DNA of 19,487 nt from an uncultured Chroococcidiopsis sp. (GTDB taxonomy: Bacteria > Cyanobacteriota > Cyanobacteriia > Cyanobacteriales > Chroococcidiopsidaceae). The translations under genes and the position numbers were made by a program. Position 1 is the first letter of the stretch. The number at the start of each line of letters is the position of its first letter. Where the stretch lies: assembly GCA_964248365.1 (NCBI GenBank), contig CAXTYC010000057.1, forward strand, positions 1 through 19,487. Direction: 5' to 3'. The notes under the pieces are model-generated. The model had not been told where the DNA came from and did no database searches. It worked only from the letters and a program-made list of their open reading frames with translations. Positions 8,988 through 17,755 of the stretch are shown one piece after another.

Positions 8988-9485
8988 TTAAGGCTGCCAT
9001 CTGCGTGGTTGCCACAAGTGAGAAGCTAACATTTCAGGTTGAAACAACCGCATTTTTGACTGAGAATTTGTCAAGTCTGGTAATCGCTCCGTCTTGAATA
9101 AATCGGGCGGCAGTTGATCGGATGAACGCATTCCCAAAGTCATATCAACGACCAGACCTACATCTGCTAGATCACCTGCTGCATCTTTTAGACGTATGAC
9201 TGTTAAGGTTTCGACATTATGCCCTGGGGGAAAACCCATAATTTGACGTAGGGAAATCAGAGGCATAATCTGACCATTATGATGGATAATTCCCAACACG
9301 GCAAGATTGTAGAATGGCAAAGCTAGAATCTGCGATCGCCCGATGAGCAAGATCTCGGCAACTTCTGTTGATGGAAATACCAACGTGATCTGCTCTAGCC
9401 GTGCCAGAATAAAACGAGGTTGAGGCTGATCAGACTGACTTGGTAAAATATTGGTTTCCCCAGGTACATTTGCAGCGTTCATCAC
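8988..9485 (-). CDS. cheW: CheW-like coupling protein
   Basis: VAEIL...LPFY...VLGIIHHNGQIMPLISL...VGLVVD is the CheW pattern, and it lies between cheY and the MCPs. Start is GTG 9485 or ATG 9482, overlapping the cheY stop (translational coupling). Confidence 0.9.
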   Translation of the reverse strand: MMNAANVPGETNILPSQSDQPQPRFILARLEQITLVFPSTEVAEILLIGRSQILALPFYNLAVLGIIHHNGQIMPLISLRQIMGFPPGHNVETLTVIRLKDAAGDLADVGLVVDMTLGMRSSDQLPPDLFKTERLPDLTNSQSKMRLFQPEMLASHLWQPRRWQP

Positions 9486-9841
9486 CCAACCTTTTGTAAT
9501 ACCTGAGCGACACTTTCTTTTGTCACAGGCTTGAGTAGGTAATCATTTGCACCAGCCCGCCGTATGCCATAATCTACTTCTAGGGGAGTTTTCTTGCTGG
9601 AACAAAAGATGACGTGCTGCTGGGCTGTTTTCTGGTTGGATCGCACTTGTCTCAAGAACTTGTAGCCATCCTGCTCCGGCATAACGATATCCAGAAAGAT
9701 GGCTGCGTAGTTTTGTGTAGAGAGTCTCTCCAAACCATCTTTGGGAGTTGGGCAAGCATCGACTTGATGACCTAGCCCTTCTAAAAGGGAGGTTAGTAGA
9801 TGCCGATCTACTGAGCTATCATCAACAACTAACAATCGCAT
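9482..9841 (-). CDS. cheY: Single-domain CheY/PilH-like response regulator
   Basis: 119-aa receiver: LLVVDDS, FLDIVMPEQDG (phospho-Asp), IFCSSK and DYLLKP. Confidence 0.93.
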   Translation of the reverse strand: MRLLVVDDSSVDRHLLTSLLEGLGHQVDACPTPKDGLERLSTQNYAAIFLDIVMPEQDGYKFLRQVRSNQKTAQQHVIFCSSKKTPLEVDYGIRRAGANDYLLKPVTKESVAQVLQKVG

Positions 9842-9900
9842 TATTTTTACTCCTTAATCAGGTTTAAACAGTCAACTTTTATATTTACCTTCATCCTATG

Positions 9901-9932
9901 TATACGGGCATGGCAGGGATGATCGCCCCTAC
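9901..9932. repeat. REP-like palindrome abutting the PatA-family stop codon
   Basis: TATACGGGCATGGCAGGGATGATCGCCCCTAC shares both ends (TATACGGGCATG...GCCCCTAC) with the copy at 8959-8987. Confidence 0.7.
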
Positions 9933-11128
9933 TACTGGCTCTTGACTTTTGGAGCCATTTCTTCTAGCATTTGACGTAGTTCTGTTCGGAATACAGGGAT
10001 CTCTGCGGGTGTGCGTGGTTTAGCCAGAAACTTACAACTTGCCCATTGCGCTCGCCACTGGTTAGAGACTGTTTTTTCAGCCGTCAGTAGCACTAGGGGA
10101 ATTGTTGTCAGAGAGGTTTGACGACGAATTTGTTTAATCAAGTCGAATCCAGACGCTCCTGGCATATTGATATCTAGAAATATTGCTGCTGGCTTACATT
10201 CGAGCATTGTCTGAACGGCACTTAAAGCATTGTGTGAGTGATTGACTCGATATCCCCAGCTAACTACCAGGTGACGGAATTGCTCGACTAGAATAGGTGA
10301 GTCGTCAACAATAAATATTTCAGGCTGACTCGTTGTATTAGTACTATCAGCCTTTGGCTTGATCACCTCCACTAAGCCTTTGTTAATCAGGTTGGCAAAG
10401 GTTTTAGCTACTTCTAGCGAATCTTTACTCATAGAGATTGCGATCGCCCCTAGTGTTTTACCCTGCCCCACCAGGTTTTGTAACTGCTGCTTTTGGGCGG
10501 AGGACAAATCTGAAGCGTTAACTGCCTCTGGTTTGAGAATTAGAGTACTATCTAATGAAGGCACATAACTTTTCAATTGCCGCCATTGCGTTTGTCGGCT
10601 CACTGCCTCTGTCAACAAACCACTTAGCTCAAAGCCCCGCATGGGAGCGTTGATTAGTAGTTCGGGTTCGGGGATAAATTCGGCTTGTCCTGCATAATCA
10701 AACAAATAGGCATCTAGATCTGATAAAATTTTTAGCCGCAAAGCTTTGATCACATCATCATGGCTGAGCAACTTCATATTTGCCATCTCGACAATCATCT
10801 TACTCAGTAGCGGCGTTTCTTTTGAGGATAAATCCTGCTGTAGCAGCGCCAATGCCTGTTTTGCTGGCACAGTATGTAAATGAGATAAGTAGCTTTTGAG
10901 AGTTTCTAGGAAAGATGCCCATGAGAGTTTCTCCCCCCCAGAGCAAACAACTCGTCCTTGCACAACAGCAAGATACCACTTTTCACCGCCAGCTTGATGC
11001 GGCTCGCTCGCCCCATTCACTTTATCCAACTGGAGCTGCCAATATCCTGTTAAAGTCTCATCAAAAGCTTCCCTCAGTTGCTTAGTAAGTTCGGAAGCTC
11101 GGAAAGAAAAGCCTAAAGTTGATTGCAT
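9932..11128 (-). CDS. PatA-family response regulator (PATAN, HTH-like region, REC), PixG/PilG-like
   Basis: N-terminal PATAN-like region (LTGYWQL...WYLAVVQGRVV), central helix-turn-helix-like segment (GKTLGAIA...LEVAKTFANLINKGLV) and a C-terminal receiver (IVDDS...FLDINMP...FLAKP). First gene of the che-like cluster. Confidence 0.88.
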   Translation of the reverse strand: MQSTLGFSFRASELTKQLREAFDETLTGYWQLQLDKVNGASEPHQAGGEKWYLAVVQGRVVCSGGEKLSWASFLETLKSYLSHLHTVPAKQALALLQQDLSSKETPLLSKMIVEMANMKLLSHDDVIKALRLKILSDLDAYLFDYAGQAEFIPEPELLINAPMRGFELSGLLTEAVSRQTQWRQLKSYVPSLDSTLILKPEAVNASDLSSAQKQQLQNLVGQGKTLGAIAISMSKDSLEVAKTFANLINKGLVEVIKPKADSTNTTSQPEIFIVDDSPILVEQFRHLVVSWGYRVNHSHNALSAVQTMLECKPAAIFLDINMPGASGFDLIKQIRRQTSLTTIPLVLLTAEKTVSNQWRAQWASCKFLAKPRTPAEIPVFRTELRQMLEEMAPKVKSQ

Positions 11129-11182
11129 AGCAACTGTTGATAAACCTCTTACTTGTCATAAAATCTTGATATTTCCAAATTT

Positions 11183-11191
11183 ATTGTTCCC
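11183..11191 (-). promoter_or_regulatory. Possible SigF/SigJ-type -10 element (GGGAACAAT) upstream of the chemosensory operon
   Basis: Minus-strand GGGAACAAT lies about 55 nt upstream of ATG 11128 and resembles the GGGaAtacT motility-promoter consensus. The motif is short and could occur by chance. Confidence 0.3.
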
Positions 11192-11461
11192 AGGTTAAAC
11201 TGCTTGCTAACACCCTCCGACTAAAATATAAATTTGACCTGAACTGCTAGAGGAATAGGCGATCGCTCTTGCGAGGCGTGTTTATTTTTAAATAAAGACA
11301 AAACTATTAATAACACTCTTGTAATGACATCTTTTTCGATTACTAGTGCTTTTGTCATCCGTTTTACTACTGCTGTTGCGCTTGGTATTTCAACGTGAAC
11401 CGTATTCCTACTGAGATTTCTGCGGCGTGATTGTTTAAACCAATAACTGTTAAAGAATTCT

Positions 11462-14400
11462 GTGAAAGGCAAACGCTTCTTTCGACTAGTAGTAATCCTT
11501 TTAGGGCTGTGGCTGATTTTTGAAGGAGTTTCGCGCACTGGAGCGGAAATTTTCTGGTTTCAAGAAGTCGGTTACTTGCAGGTATTCTTACTCAGGCTGA
11601 AAACTCAAGTATTATTATGGGCGATCGCCTTCATCATCACTGCCTTCTATTTACTAGGCAACCTGGCTATGGCGCAGCGGCTAATTGGGTCCCCCCAGCA
11701 GAGTTGCCCCCCAGCAGAGTTGCCCCCCATCCGGGGAGATGCAATCTTTTATCCAAAATCTAAAATTCAAAATCCTTTTACCTCTCGCCTCTCGCCTCTC
11801 GCCTCTCGCCCTACCAACTACCAATTACCAGTTTTTCTTTCCCTAGTATTGGGATTAAACTTGCTAGTTGGGTTACTGTTGTGGCATTACGGTCAGGTTG
11901 CCTTGCCCTTGTGGTATCCTAATTTGAACTTGCCGAATGTCTCTCCACTCATCCCTACTTTATTTAGACCAGAGATAATTTTGTCCCTTGTTAGACATAT
12001 AGGATCACAATTTTGGTTAGTTGGTTTACTGCTAGGATTGGCGATCGCTATTTGTATTTATCCTCAGTTTTGGCTAAGTGGGATCGCTTTTGTAATGAGT
12101 GCAATATTCGCCACAGTCTTGGGAGGACAATGGGCTAGGGTGTTGCAATATTTCCAGCACACTACGTTTAATAGCACTGAACCTGTATTTAATCGTGATA
12201 TCAGTTTTTATGTATTTGCCTTACCAATATGGGAATTATTGGAATTTTGGCTAGTTGGATTGTTTTTGTATGCTTTAGTCGCTGTTACCCTGACGTATCT
12301 ATTATCAGAAGACAGTCTAAGTCAGGGTAGTTTTCGCCCATTTTCACAACCACAACAGCGTCATTTACAAGGATTAGGCGGGTGCTTCATGCTATCCGTC
12401 GCACTGAGCTATTGGCTGTTGCGCTATGAATTACTGTATTCTAGGCGAGGAGTGGCTTACGGTGCTAGCTATACCGATATTACAGTCGGGCTACCAGCTT
12501 ATACCGCCCTGAGTCTTTTGGCAGTGGCGATCGCAGTTTGTCTTTTCTGGGGCATGATATTTGGGTTGCCCAAGATCGTTAATCGCAAATTCCTATTTTA
12601 CTCATTAGGAGTTTATATATTAATAGCAGTGGGCGCTGGTACGATCTTACCTTTGACAATACAACGACTGGTCGTACAACCTAACGAATTAGCACGGGAG
12701 CAACCCTATATTAAGCGCAGTATTGCTCTAACTCGACAAGCATTTGATTTAGATGATATTGATGCTAAAACCTTCGAGCCACGAGGTCAACTGACTTGGG
12801 CAGATATTCAAGCAAATGATTTGACCATTCGCAATATTCGTCTTTGGGATCAACGACCACTATTAGAAACTAACCGCCAACTCCAACAAATCCGACTTTA
12901 CTATCGGTTTCCTGATGCTGATATTGATCGTTATACCTTACAACAAGATGTAACGGGACGCAAACCAAGTGCAACCCAAAAGCAATCTGAAACAGGGCAA
13001 ACGAGTGCGGATGTAGCAAACACAGAATTACGACAAACACTGATTGCAGCGAGGGAGTTAGACTATACAGCTATACCGCAACAAGCTCAGACATGGGTTA
13101 ACCAACACTTAGTTTATACTCATGGTTATGGCTTTACCCTCTCGCCAGTGAATACTGTTGGTGCAGGTGGGTTGCCGGAATACTTTGTCAAGGATATCGG
13201 TGTAAGTGAAACTGGTGGTAATGGTAGTCAGCTTACCACATCCAATGCAGCCATCAAAGCAAGTATTCCAATTGGACAGCCGCGAATTTATTACGGTGAA
13301 ATTAGCAATAACTATGTAATAACTGGAACCAAAGTCAAAGAATTGGATTACCCCAGTGGTAATGATAATGTTTACAATACCTATGATGGTAGTGGTGGCA
13401 TTAGCATCGGTTCTGGCTGGCGGCGATTGCTATTTGCAAAGTATCTGAATGATTGGCAGATTCTGCTAACACGAGACTTTGTGCCTCAGACAAAGCTTTT
13501 GTTTCGACGTAATATTAATCAAAGAATTCGGGCGATCGCTCCTTTTCTTCGCTATGACAGTAATCCTTATCTGGTGGTTGCTGATGCTTCAAAGGGGCAA
13601 GAGGCGATCGAGCAGAGGCCAGAGGAGAATTATTTGTATTGGATTGTGGATGCGTATACGACGAGCGATCGCTATCCTTATTCAGATCCTGGTAATGAAA
13701 AAATTAATTATATCCGTAACTCGGTTAAAGTCGTAATTGATGCCTTTCACGGTTCTGTTAACTTTTACGTTGCGGACACAAGCGATCCGATTATTGCTAG
13801 TTGGCAGAGAATTTTCCCCCGATTATTCCAACCGCTAAGCGCTATGCCAAAGACTCTCCAAAGTCACATTCGGTATCCGGTGGATTTTTTCAGTATTCAA
13901 TCTGAACGGTTGATGACATATCACATGAGTGATCCACAAGTTTTTTATAATCGGGAAGACCAATGGCAGATACCGAATGAAGTTTATGGTAATAAACCTA
14001 AATTAGTAGAACCATATTACTTGATTACTAGTCTACCTGGCGTACCTTTTGAAGAATTTATTTTGTTGCTACCCTATACTCCTAGGCAAAGGACTAATTT
14101 AGTTGCTTGGCTGGCGGCGCGATCGGATGGTGACAATTATGGTAGGTTATTACTCTACGAGTTTCCTAAACAGCAGTTAGTTTATGGAACTGAGCAAATT
14201 GAAGCTAGGATTAACCAAGATCCAGTAATTTCACAGCAAATTTCCCTATGGAATCGCCAGGGTTCAAGAGCGATTCAGGGCAATCTATTAGTGATTCCGA
14301 TTGAACAATCCTTGTTATATGTAGAACCAATCTATTTGGAAGCAGATCAAAATAGCCTGCCAACATTGGTGCGGGTGGTTGTGGCTTACGAAAACCGTAT

Positions 14401-14503
14401 TGTGATGGCAGAAACCTTGGAACAGGGGTTGCAAGCGATATTTAGTTCATCAGATACTACTGCTCCTCCGATTGTCCGTCCTGTAGAGCAACCAGCACAA
14501 TAA
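11462..14503 (+). CDS. UPF0182 family multi-pass membrane protein
   Basis: WFQEVGY...[105 protein letters not shown] and GNLLVIPI are characteristic UPF0182 motifs. Confidence 0.93.
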   Translation: MKGKRFFRLVVILLGLWLIFEGVSRTGAEIFWFQEVGYLQVFLLRLKTQVLLWAIAFIITAFYLLGNLAMAQRLIGSPQQSCPPAELPPIRGDAIFYPKSKIQNPFTSRLSPLASRPTNYQLPVFLSLVLGLNLLVGLLLWHYGQVALPLWYPNLNLPNVSPLIPTLFRPEIILSLVRHIGSQFWLVGLLLGLAIAICIYPQFWLSGIAFVMSAIFATVLGGQWARVLQYFQHTTFNSTEPVFNRDISFYVFALPIWELLEFWLVGLFLYALVAVTLTYLLSEDSLSQGSFRPFSQPQQRHLQGLGGCFMLSVALSYWLLRYELLYSRRGVAYGASYTDITVGLPAYTALSLLAVAIAVCLFWGMIFGLPKIVNRKFLFYSLGVYILIAVGAGTILPLTIQRLVVQPNELAREQPYIKRSIALTRQAFDLDDIDAKTFEPRGQLTWADIQANDLTIRNIRLWDQRPLLETNRQLQQIRLYYRFPDADIDRYTLQQDVTGRKPSATQKQSETGQTSADVANTELRQTLIAARELDYTAIPQQAQTWVNQHLVYTHGYGFTLSPVNTVGAGGLPEYFVKDIGVSETGGNGSQLTTSNAAIKASIPIGQPRIYYGEISNNYVITGTKVKELDYPSGNDNVYNTYDGSGGISIGSGWRRLLFAKYLNDWQILLTRDFVPQTKLLFRRNINQRIRAIAPFLRYDSNPYLVVADASKGQEAIEQRPEENYLYWIVDAYTTSDRYPYSDPGNEKINYIRNSVKVVIDAFHGSVNFYVADTSDPIIASWQRIFPRLFQPLSAMPKTLQSHIRYPVDFFSIQSERLMTYHMSDPQVFYNREDQWQIPNEVYGNKPKLVEPYYLITSLPGVPFEEFILLLPYTPRQRTNLVAWLAARSDGDNYGRLLLYEFPKQQLVYGTEQIEARINQDPVISQQISLWNRQGSRAIQGNLLVIPIEQSLLYVEPIYLEADQNSLPTLVRVVVAYENRIVMAETLEQGLQAIFSSSDTTAPPIVRPVEQPAQ
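11691..11830. repeat. Composite tandem-repeat cassette inside the UPF0182 gene
   Basis: 16-bp GCAGAGTTGCCCCCCA x2 plus a partial copy (11691-11729), AAAATCC-like heptamers (~11752-11775), CCTCTCG x4 (11781-11808) and CCAA(C/T)TA (~11813-11830). Confidence 0.85.
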
Positions 14504-14510
14504 ATAAATT

Positions 14511-14553
14511 CCCCCTACTCACCTTTTATCAGGAGAGCAAGGGGGTTATTTGT
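14511..14553 (+). terminator. Putative terminator hairpin after the UPF0182 gene
   Basis: Imperfect stem CCCCCTACTCACCT...AGGAGAGCAAGGGGG followed by TTATTTGT, 7 nt after the stop codon. Confidence 0.45.
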
Positions 14554-14586
14554 TCCTTATCAATTATTGATTTGAGGACTTACGGA

Positions 14587-14716
14587 GGTAATGGGTAATG
14601 GGTAAATAAAGAAGGGGAAAGGAAAAAGGGAATTGATTTAACCTTTCACCAACTAGCAACTACGAACTACCGCCGAAAGACGTAGCTAAGATCGTCTTCA
14701 CCAATTACCAATTACC
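14587..14716. repeat. Inverted STRR array between convergent genes
   Basis: GGTAATG x2 plus GGTAA (14587-14605) is inverted relative to CCAATTACCAATTACC (14701-14716). These enclose AAGGGGAAAGG/ACCTTTCACC and AACTA(G/C) heptamers. Confidence 0.65.
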
Positions 14717-14754
14717 TTTTAGACAGCATTCCTTCATTGGCATAATGTCTTGAA

Positions 14755-15954
14755 TTAGCTCACGATAGTCGATGTTAATCTCAGAGAGTAATCAGCGCTA
14801 CTGCCTATCTCGCCAGGGAAGACGTGAACAAAGTAAGTGCCAGCAACTAGGGTTCTGAAGAATTGTGGGTCAGTTTCTGCTGCTGGCAAAAGATTAACAA
14901 CGTTGCTACTAATCTGTTCACCCGCATCAATCCGAGCATTGCCGTTGCTGTCCCGAATCAAGCTGATTTGTGCCTTCAGTCCCGATTGAGTCGTATCGCT
15001 TCCACTAGCCAAGGTTAGAGCAATGTTAATGTTGTTAGTTAGGGTGAAACGATAGAAATCGTTGTTGGCGGTAGTGCCTCCGAATACTGTGGAAGTGTCG
15101 CCACTAAGGGTGCGAACGTCAACAAAGTTGTTCAGACTGCTACCGATTTCTGACGTGAGAGACGACGAGGCAGGCGGTGTAACAGGTGATGGGACAGATG
15201 ATGGGGCAGATGGTGGAACCGCTAAGCGTCCCTCGTTACGCCCATAAAGTACATAATGGTTGTATGCCTGAAAATTGTTGAAGCTTGCTAAGTCAGCATT
15301 GTTAGCGCGGTAGTAGCTGACAGAAAAAGATTGTGATGATCGTCGTCCTTCAGCCAAACCGTAAAGTTCAAAGTGGTTGAACAACTGAGTGTTATTAAGT
15401 CTGGCTGCTGCCAAATCAGCATTGTAAGATTTATAAGCATTGACATCAAAGGCAAAAGAAGAGGTTCGTCCCTCATTTATTCCATACTGTTCAAAATGGA
15501 TCAAAAGTTGACGGTTAGTGAGTTGGGCTTTTGCCAAATCACTATTGGCGGACTTATAGTAGTTCACATTGAAGAACTGGGAAAACTGTCTTCCCTCATC
15601 TAAGCCATAACTACGTAGGTGTTCAAATAGTTTTTCGTTTTTATAATCACCGTTTTTATAATCACTAGGTAAATCGGGGTTGGCAGCACGATAGAAGTCA
15701 AGGTCAACAACTGGTGAGAAGCGTCGTCCTTCTTTGACACCATAATTTTGTAAATGATCAAACAATTGACTGTTACTTAGCCGGTTTAAGTCTGAATTAC
15801 TAGCCCGATAAAAGTTGAGATCAACCAGTGGTGAGAAGGCACGTCCTTCGTTCAGACCATAAGTTTGAAAATGTGATAATAAGGCTTCTGAATTGCCACG
15901 TAGATCAGGATTGACAGCACGATAGTAATTAGCATCGAATAAGTTTACAGCCAT
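14755..15954 (-). CDS. Putative cell-surface protein: six FDxxxY-NxDL-H-YG-EGR repeats, Pro/Ser linker, PPC-like (pre-peptidase C-terminal) domain
   Basis: Six ~40-aa repeats in aa 5-246, linker PPSAPSSVPSPVTPP, and a C-terminal NDFYRFTL...LIRDSNGNARIDAGE...LVAGTYFVHV...YSLRL segment typical of cyanobacterial PPC domains. No signal peptide is visible. Confidence 0.8.
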   Translation of the reverse strand: MAVNLFDANYYRAVNPDLRGNSEALLSHFQTYGLNEGRAFSPLVDLNFYRASNSDLNRLSNSQLFDHLQNYGVKEGRRFSPVVDLDFYRAANPDLPSDYKNGDYKNEKLFEHLRSYGLDEGRQFSQFFNVNYYKSANSDLAKAQLTNRQLLIHFEQYGINEGRTSSFAFDVNAYKSYNADLAAARLNNTQLFNHFELYGLAEGRRSSQSFSVSYYRANNADLASFNNFQAYNHYVLYGRNEGRLAVPPSAPSSVPSPVTPPASSSLTSEIGSSLNNFVDVRTLSGDTSTVFGGTTANNDFYRFTLTNNINIALTLASGSDTTQSGLKAQISLIRDSNGNARIDAGEQISSNVVNLLPAAETDPQFFRTLVAGTYFVHVFPGEIGSSADYSLRLTSTIVS

Positions 15955-16175
15955 AGATTTTGTTGTAATAGTTACAGTAATTTTAAGTAAGTTTCTCTAG
16001 TGTGGCTCAATGTTTTCAGTATTAGTAAGTATTGTTTAAAGCTTTATAGTATTTTTAATCTACGTGAAGCTACGTAAAGTTTGTTTGAATTCAAATTTGA
16101 TGTTCATTTGCAACACAAACTTTAATGATCTTCTTGCCCTAGTACCTTATTTCTACTGATGTCAGGCAAGGAATA

Positions 16176-16200
16176 GTAGGGTGGGCAATGCCCACCCTAC
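16176..16200. repeat. Perfect GTAG-type REP-like palindrome
   Basis: GTAGGGTGGGC-AAT-GCCCACCCTAC, with 11-bp perfect arms. Confidence 0.85.
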
Positions 16201-16402
16201 CTTGCTCAGATTCTCCCAACCTCGCTTCTTAAGGGGGGGCTAATGGTATGAGGCAACTGTCCAAGTCAATTGTGGAAGTATCACGCCTGGTATAAGTTGT
16301 AGCGGTGTTTATAGGTAAGGTTGTCAGTAATTATAAGTATAGTTAGATGCCTAGATAAGATTCATCTGGTATCTGCTGCCAATATAAGCAGGATGTGCGC
16401 GT

Positions 16403-17656
16403 ATGATCAAACCATTTTTCTATACCTTGGGGGTAGTTGCCCTAATTGCTGCAACCGTTGCCCTATTTGCCCCACCTCTATCTCAAGATATATGGGTGGA
16501 ACAAGCTAAGTTGAGCATACCTAGCGGATTGGAATACTTCGGTCAAGACATTGCGATTGATCAAGATACTGCTGTGGTTGGAGCGCCTGGATATCGATTG
16601 CCAAGTATTGGCTACTATGGGGGTACAGCTTTTGTATATACCTACTCAGGTAACACTTGGTCTGAGCAAGCGAAACTATTTGTGCCTCAAACCCTGATAC
16701 ATAAATCTAACAGCTTCGGTTCAAAAGTGGCGATTGACGGCGATACCATTTTGCTTACAGCTGATATGTACACTGAAGACGAGCCAAAGAAAGTTCCGCT
16801 GTTTGTCTTTACCCGCAAGGAAAATACTTGGTCTTTGCAAGCCCAGCTAAAGTTACCCTATCCGGCAGAATTGCCGATTTCCATTGATTCTGTAGCGCTC
16901 AAAGGAAACACAGCTGTAGCTACGGGATCAGAAGGACCATTAGTGTTCCGCCGCGATCAAGCTGATGGTACTTGGTCTTATGAAGCTAACCTCAAGCGGA
17001 CTAAATCAAGCGATAAACAGTGTAAAAACTCCTACTTCGCCACCTCGCTCTATGGCAACACTGTGGCGATCTCAGGCGATACAATTATGATCAACGGGGG
17101 ATGTGCGTATGTGTTCGTGCGGCAGGGGGCTACCTCAAGTTGGTCATTGCAGGCTCAATTACCTCCCTACCCCAGAACGCTTTCTTCCTACACTACCGTT
17201 GCCCTGTCGGGCAATACAGCAGTTGTTGGGTCAACAGGAGATGATGGAGAACGCGGCGCAGCTTACGTTTACCAACGTGACCAAACGACTGGGAGATGGT
17301 CAAAGCCAGTTAAGCTCGTGCCGAATGACGTGCCACCACTGCTGACATTTGGTTTTGGTGCGAGTGTAGCAATTGATGGCAACACCATTGTTGTTGGTTG
17401 CAATCGCCACGCTATCCAAGCAATGCTTTTACCGAGTTGGACGCAAAGAGGGGCATACGTATTTGTGCGTCGGACTGCTGCAAACAGTTGGTCGCAGCCA
17501 GTCAAGCTCATCCCGCGTAACTACAACAAGAATATTTCACAATTGTACGGGCAGAAAGTCGATATCTCTGGTGAACGAGTGATTGTTAATGGTGGCGTTA
17601 GTTCTAACACTGTCTATATTTTCCAACGTGTCGAGCCTCAAAAGCCTGCAATCTAA
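16403..17656 (+). CDS. FG-GAP repeat protein, 7-bladed beta-propeller with an N-terminal signal or anchor
   Basis: Hydrophobic N-terminus (FFYTLGVVALIAATVALFA) followed by seven repeats of W-x-x-x-x-x-L...(F/Y)G-x-x-V-A-I-x-G-x-T-x-V-V-G(AP)...A-Y-V-F-x-R. Confidence 0.88.
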   Translation: MIKPFFYTLGVVALIAATVALFAPPLSQDIWVEQAKLSIPSGLEYFGQDIAIDQDTAVVGAPGYRLPSIGYYGGTAFVYTYSGNTWSEQAKLFVPQTLIHKSNSFGSKVAIDGDTILLTADMYTEDEPKKVPLFVFTRKENTWSLQAQLKLPYPAELPISIDSVALKGNTAVATGSEGPLVFRRDQADGTWSYEANLKRTKSSDKQCKNSYFATSLYGNTVAISGDTIMINGGCAYVFVRQGATSSWSLQAQLPPYPRTLSSYTTVALSGNTAVVGSTGDDGERGAAYVYQRDQTTGRWSKPVKLVPNDVPPLLTFGFGASVAIDGNTIVVGCNRHAIQAMLLPSWTQRGAYVFVRRTAANSWSQPVKLIPRNYNKNISQLYGQKVDISGERVIVNGGVSSNTVYIFQRVEPQKPAI

Positions 17657-17692
17657 TACTAATGTCGTGCCTGTGAACTGGTAGCAAAGGAA

Positions 17693-17730
17693 ACTCGGCA
17701 ATGTCTAGCAAGAAAGCGACAATGCCGAGT
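17693..17730. terminator. Hairpin between the convergent FG-GAP and RTX/VWA genes (possible bidirectional terminator)
   Basis: ACTCGGCAATGTC-N12-GACAATGCCGAGT, with 12 of 13 arm positions paired. There is no clear U-tract. Confidence 0.45.
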
Positions 17731-17755
17731 AGCTCAGTTACCGAGTCTTAAGTTG

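Noticed and set aside
1918..10568. Many 60-100 aa ORFs antisense or out of frame within the chemosensory genes
   Set aside because: These are shadow ORFs of long genuine CDSs with no independent coding signal.
513..11128. Naming the cluster pixGHIJL, hmp or ptx
   Set aside because: The gene order is similar, but the GAF is not cyanobacteriochrome-like and the MCP tips are atypical. Orthology cannot be established without a phylogeny.
11221..11538. 105-aa minus-strand ORF
   Set aside because: It overlaps the UPF0182 start antisense, spans an AT-rich promoter region and has no recognisable motif.
15964..16157. Possible NtcA sites (TGTAATAGTTACA at 15964; GTACCTTATTTCTAC at 16142)
   Set aside because: Spacing is GTA-N5-TAC and GTA-N9-TAC, not the required GTA-N8-TAC.
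16211..16245. CTCCCAACCTCGCTTCTTAAGGGGGGGC as a distinct element
   Set aside because: It looks like a degenerate copy of a C-rich/G-rich cyanobacterial palindrome but is too decayed to support a call.
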